Source: Henriciella sp. (lineage in GTDB: Bacteria > Pseudomonadota > Alphaproteobacteria > Caulobacterales > Hyphomonadaceae). From it: a stretch of DNA of 64,000 nucleotides. The stretch is from positions 290-64,289 of the forward strand of contig CBDIHJ010000032.1 of NCBI GenBank assembly GCA_965279045.1, written 5' to 3'. The stretch's first letter is position 1. The number at the start of each line of letters is the position of its first letter. Position numbers and translations under genes: made by a program. The notes under the pieces were generated by a model, which searched no databases, was not told the origin of the DNA, and saw only the letters and a program-made list of their open reading frames with translations. This document shows positions 60,901 through 64,000 of this stretch, one piece after another.

Positions 60901-61529
60901 GCGCGATCGTTGAATCCCAACCGTTTGGCGGCGAAGGCCTCTCCGGCACCGGCCCGAAAGCTGGCGGGCCACACTATGTGAAACGGTTCACGCAAGCTGA
61001 GCGAGTCGTCACTTCGCCATATGCTGCGGCCTCAATCGACGCCGCTCGGCTCAACGCGGCGCTCGAAAGCTTTACGAGACAAGATCCGCAACGGCTCTCT
61101 AAAACGAAAATGCCGGGTCCGACGGGGGAGAAGAATGAGCTTTCGACATGGCCGCGCGGTCTCGTACTGTGTCTAGGGCCGACCCTCGATGATGCACGTC
61201 GCCAAGCAGGCGCAGCGCGCAGCACGGGCTGTCCCGCGTTCATTGTGGCGCCAGGTCATGTCGGTGAAGACGGATTAGACGGAACGCTGGATTTGGATGC
61301 TCTCAAAGACGTTCAAGGGATAAGCCTTGTGGCGCTCTGGTCGGATGACGCGTCCGTCCGCACAGGTCGGGTCGCACTCGCAGATCGCGAGGGTCCCATT
61401 ATTCCGTTGGTCAGCGCGCGAAACATTGACGACTATTGTATTATTGAACGCCATACTTGCATCGATACGACCGCCGCGGGTGGCAATGCATCGCTCCTTG
61501 GCGAAATGGATAACGAAACCGGGTCTTAG
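57981..61529 (+). CDS. putA: Bifunctional proline dehydrogenase / P5C dehydrogenase (no N-terminal RHH domain; start 57981 or 58005)
   Basis: EYGLST.EG.ALMCLAEALLR, SYDMLGEAA, IDAEE, VRLVKGAYWD.E, FATHN, RRLLENGAN, ISPWNFP, AETGG, QRCSA, GPKAGGP.Y, IDTTAAGGNASL. Confidence 0.96.
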   Translation: MALGDGKLMTRTYSVSYDEAAFERINERYREDEDVVLRDLIEEADLSAALRERIQTRAVDLIRYMREDGKPGLMDMFLAEYGLSTNEGIALMCLAEALLRVPDPGTIDALIEDKIAPYDWDEHLGKSQSALVNASTAALMLTGRVLDDDDSASVMGLLNRTVKRLGEPVVRVAVRRAMKEMGDQFVLGQTISEAIRRGEAERKKGYLYSYDMLGEAALTAKDAAEFYASYSSAIEAIGAQSIGSDIQSSPGVSVKLSALHPRFEFAKQARLETELVPRVASLAQAAKDRGLGFNIDAEEADRLEPTLRVFEALLADPSLAGWDGLGLVIQAYGRRAASVIDWLYATAKRYDRKVMVRLVKGAYWDTEVKRAQVDGVSDFPVFTKRTATDVAYMCCAKKLLGMTDRIYPQFATHNAQTAATVLELCDDTSAFEFQRLHGMGETLHHYLLKEAGTRCRIYAPVGPHKDLLAYLVRRLLENGANSSFVNQVIDRRLPATQIAKDPVEKYHALSNRQSAALKNPTQLFAPQRQNSKGWDLRNRADTDDIEQARAPFATERWTAEPLLAVDWQGDGQETLMNPANPNDEVGVVRLASQSDAAAALEAARIWLEADARTRAATLNRAADLYEANFGEIFAVLTREAGKTQLDAVAELREAVDFLRYYANRALVLSTHLPAGVITCISPWNFPLAIFTGQIAAALAAGNSVLAKPAETTPIIASIAIKLLHEAGVPRDVLQFLPGHGRSVGQALVGSPTVAGACFTGSTATAQAINRTLARQAQPDAFLIAETGGLNAGIIDSTALPEQAVRDTIVSAFQSTGQRCSALRCLYVQNDIADGFLDMLFGAMDEVELGDPWAFSTDIGPLISADAQTHIQAYIDQAKADGRLLKQLAAPMKGHFVGPAVIQVESIIDLKDEVFGPVLHVARFDADEFETVLEHVNATGYGLTFGLHTRIDERVREISDQLAVGNIYVNRNQVGAIVESQPFGGEGLSGTGPKAGGPHYVKRFTQAERVVTSPYAAASIDAARLNAALESFTRQDPQRLSKTKMPGPTGEKNELSTWPRGLVLCLGPTLDDARRQAGAARSTGCPAFIVAPGHVGEDGLDGTLDLDALKDVQGISLVALWSDDASVRTGRVALADREGPIIPLVSARNIDDYCIIERHTCIDTTAAGGNASLLGEMDNETGS

Positions 61530-61651
61530 CAGACCGCATGCCGTCAGCCGGAGAAAAATCCCTTAATTCAGAGATGGGAGCAAAAGGACACAATAGCTCC
61601 ATCCCATCAGACGTAACTCGCATCCATGTCGATGCCATGCGTCGCTAACCA

Positions 61652-61843
61652 TTGCAGCGTTTCTTGCTCAACACGCTCGGATGCGATGATATCCAAGGTT
61701 TCCTTCACTCTCCGCCCGTCAGCGAGATCCAGGCATTGAATCTTATCGTGCAGGCAAACTCTGAAAGCGGAACCGTTCGCAGTTTCACTGAAGAGGAATC
61801 TCCAGACACGTTGCTGGCCAAAGCGAAGCAGCGGGCTTGGTAG
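61652..61843 (+). pseudogene. Relic C-terminal fragment of an EAL (c-di-GMP phosphodiesterase) domain gene
   Basis: QRFLLNTLGCDDIQGFLHSPPV matches the EAL terminal motif LGCDxxQGxxxSxP; there is no room for the rest of the domain upstream. Confidence 0.55.
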
Positions 61844-62027
61844 ATTCTGAACACAAACGTTCTTGAAAATAGTCGCAAATTTTTCTGCGTTATCCTATGA
61901 GATAACACAATAGCGAGATTCAATCTGTGTGAATTTATGCAAATTTATGCAAACCAGTTGCTTTCAGACCCGTTCATCGCGTAGTCTCCAGGTCTCGGCA
62001 CCAACAGAGTGCTGATTGGAGGAAACA

Positions 62028-63551
62028 ATGAAACACTTGCCGCTTCTTGGCGCGTTCGCGCTGATTTCACTCGGGGCGTGCCAAAGCTTGGAGCCGAGCG
62101 AAGGCGCAGATAAAGCCTTCGATTTTGGCGGTGTCTATGAGGACACTTATGCGGGCGAAATCGACCGAACGGTCATTCCGCGCCGACCTGATGGGCCTCC
62201 TAATGTGGTCTTGATCATCGCGGATGATCTTGGCTGGCCCTATCTTGGGTTCCTTGGCGACGAGAACGTCATTACGCCGAACATGGATATTATTGGCAAT
62301 GGCGGGGCCGTCTTTGAGGTCGGGCATTCGACATCAAACCATTGCCGACCGACTTTGCAAAGTCTGATCACCGGGCTGTATCCGGTCCAGTATGAAGACC
62401 AAGCCAATCAAATCGCTGAGGCGGCGATGACGCGCAAACCGCTGCCGGACGGCGTCGATACCGCGCAAGAAAAAGGCATCTTAAAACGGCAATACGAGAC
62501 CTCGGCGATTGAACAATTTGCGACGCTACCGCGGGTTTTGGGCGAAGCGGGCTATGTCTCGCATCAAAGCGGCAAATGGTGGGAACAGTCCTATGCCCAT
62601 GGCGGGTTCACGCATGGCATGACGGAGACTTGGGAGTGGAGCGATGCGGCTGATCTCGGCGATCGTTGGTTCTTCACCTTCATGGGCGGGCGCGGCAACG
62701 AAATCGGCCGAACAACGATGGAGCCGGTTGAGTCCTTTGTGCGCGAGCACGCCGATCAACCGTTCTTTCTTTGGTATGGACCGGCTTTGCCCCACACGCC
62801 GCTCAACGCGCCGGATCGGTTCTTCAAATATTATGAGGATCGTGACGACCTGTCTGAATCCGCGAAACTCTACTACGCCAACATTGCCTGGTTTGATTGG
62901 GGCGTTGGCGAGCTTTTGGATACGCTTCGCGAAGAGCGGGTGCTAGACAATACGCTGATCGTCTATGTCAATGATAATGGCTGGGAACAGGCGGGGGATG
63001 TCGAGTATATGGACAATCATATCACCCTCGCCAATGGGGGTCCGCGCGGAAAAGGCTCCTTCTTCGAAACGGGATTCCGCACCCCGATTGTTTTCTACTG
63101 GCAAGGTAAAATCTCTGCCGTGCGTGATACCGAAACCTTGGCGAGCGCGATCGATATCATGCCGACCATTTTGGATTTTGTGGGCGTGACCGCGCCGGAG
63201 GGGCTCCCTGGATATTCGCTGAAGCCGAAGATTTCCGGTGGAGATTTGTCCAATGCGCGCGACTATTTTATCGGCCGCATGACTCAACATCGCGCCGGCA
63301 CAGATTTTCGCGGCAATCCAAACAATGCCACCGATGATCATATGGGGTCCGCCCTTGGCGGATATTATCGCCGCGATCTCGATTGGCATTTTGTTTGGCT
63401 GCCTGAAACCGGTGAGACCGCGCTCTACGATTTGAACAATGATCCGGGTCAACTCGTCGATGCATCGGCGGCGCATCCGGACGAGGTCGAGCGGTTCAAG
63501 GCCGATATCTCGGCTTGGCGCGCGCAATACGAGCAGCCCGTTGCGCCATGA
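62028..63551 (+). CDS. Sulfatase family hydrolase, lipoprotein
   Basis: GGAGG RBS; lipobox LGAC; PNVVLIIADDLG, TPNMD, HCRPTLQSLITG, GKW, PHTP, NTLIVYVNDNG, KGS.FE.GFRTP, LYDLNNDP. Confidence 0.92.
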   Translation: MKHLPLLGAFALISLGACQSLEPSEGADKAFDFGGVYEDTYAGEIDRTVIPRRPDGPPNVVLIIADDLGWPYLGFLGDENVITPNMDIIGNGGAVFEVGHSTSNHCRPTLQSLITGLYPVQYEDQANQIAEAAMTRKPLPDGVDTAQEKGILKRQYETSAIEQFATLPRVLGEAGYVSHQSGKWWEQSYAHGGFTHGMTETWEWSDAADLGDRWFFTFMGGRGNEIGRTTMEPVESFVREHADQPFFLWYGPALPHTPLNAPDRFFKYYEDRDDLSESAKLYYANIAWFDWGVGELLDTLREERVLDNTLIVYVNDNGWEQAGDVEYMDNHITLANGGPRGKGSFFETGFRTPIVFYWQGKISAVRDTETLASAIDIMPTILDFVGVTAPEGLPGYSLKPKISGGDLSNARDYFIGRMTQHRAGTDFRGNPNNATDDHMGSALGGYYRRDLDWHFVWLPETGETALYDLNNDPGQLVDASAAHPDEVERFKADISAWRAQYEQPVAP

Positions 63552-64000
63552 TCCGCCAAGGGATCGCGCTTATTGCTTTTGCGGTGTTCGCCCAGTCCGG
63601 CAGCCAGGCGCAATCACTTGATTGGGTTGCTTTAGAGGACCAGTGCTTTCGCATGGGCGAAACCCGAGTTTACCCTGAAGAAGCGCCCGTCCACGAAGCT
63701 TGCGTGTCGGCTTTCGAGATCACGCGGACAGAAATCACCAACGCTCAGTTTGCGGTTTTTGTAGATGAGACAGGCTACGTCACGCGCGCTGAGCGTGGAT
63801 GGGAAGCGGCGGATTCAAATGGACCTGGAATAGATCTTCCACCCGGCGCCGCGGTTTTTCAGCCGCCCGAGGGCGTTCGACCCCAGAATCTGAATTGGTG
63901 GATGTGGCTTGAAGGCGCAAACTGGCGTGCACCGCGCGGGGCAGGGTCTGCCCCGCCCGATCCCGATGCGCCAGTCACCCACGTCACGCGAGAAGATGCG
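63548..64000 (+). CDS. Formylglycine-generating enzyme (SUMF1/FGE-sulfatase) family protein, 3' truncated by the window
   Basis: ATGA overlap with the sulfatase stop. Manual translation: signal peptide, FRMG...YPEEAPVH, EITNAQFAVFVDETGYVTRAE, WW.WLEGANWRAPRG, PVTHVT.EDA. Confidence 0.88.
   Translation, partial: MIRQGIALIAFAVFAQSGSQAQSLDWVALEDQCFRMGETRVYPEEAPVHEACVSAFEITRTEITNAQFAVFVDETGYVTRAERGWEAADSNGPGIDLPPGAAVFQPPEGVRPQNLNWWMWLEGANWRAPRGAGSAPPDPDAPVTHVTREDA

Noticed and set aside
61915-61955. dif-like site (TTTATGCAAAT resembles a XerD arm)
   Set aside because: No convincing XerC arm; better explained as a direct repeat.

Overview
This is a gene-dense (about 50 CDS), moderately GC-rich chromosomal segment from an alphaproteobacterium. 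Gene content and style suggest a marine Hyphomonadaceae/Caulobacterales-like organism (inference). Most genes are housekeeping or metabolic: M16 peptidase, BCCT and MATE transporters, class II DAHP synthase, HU, a Gfo/Idh/MocA + DegT pair, SRAP, Sua5, a YceI cluster, fatty-acyl-CoA enzymes, TetR-RND efflux, a TonB-dependent receptor, ptrB, msrB, thrB, three tandem spinster-like MFS genes, radC-map, pccA, lipB, tRNA-Leu(GAG), proA-putP-putA, and a sulfatase plus formylglycine-generating enzyme running off the right edge. Several genes (M16, DAHP synthase, radC, map, BLUF) are broken by single-base indels, mostly in short homopolymers, which are most likely sequencing or assembly errors. I found no CRISPR array, rRNA, integrase or transposase. 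The best candidates for follow-up are: an orphan TIR-ParA ATPase fusion with Gln at the TIR catalytic Glu position; a BLUF photoreceptor missed by the ORF track, followed by an internally repeated hypothetical protein; a 631-aa highly acidic disordered protein with short non-disordered caps; the triplicated MFS genes with Cys-pair loops; two copies of a dispersed palindromic repeat; and an EAL-domain relic downstream of putA.
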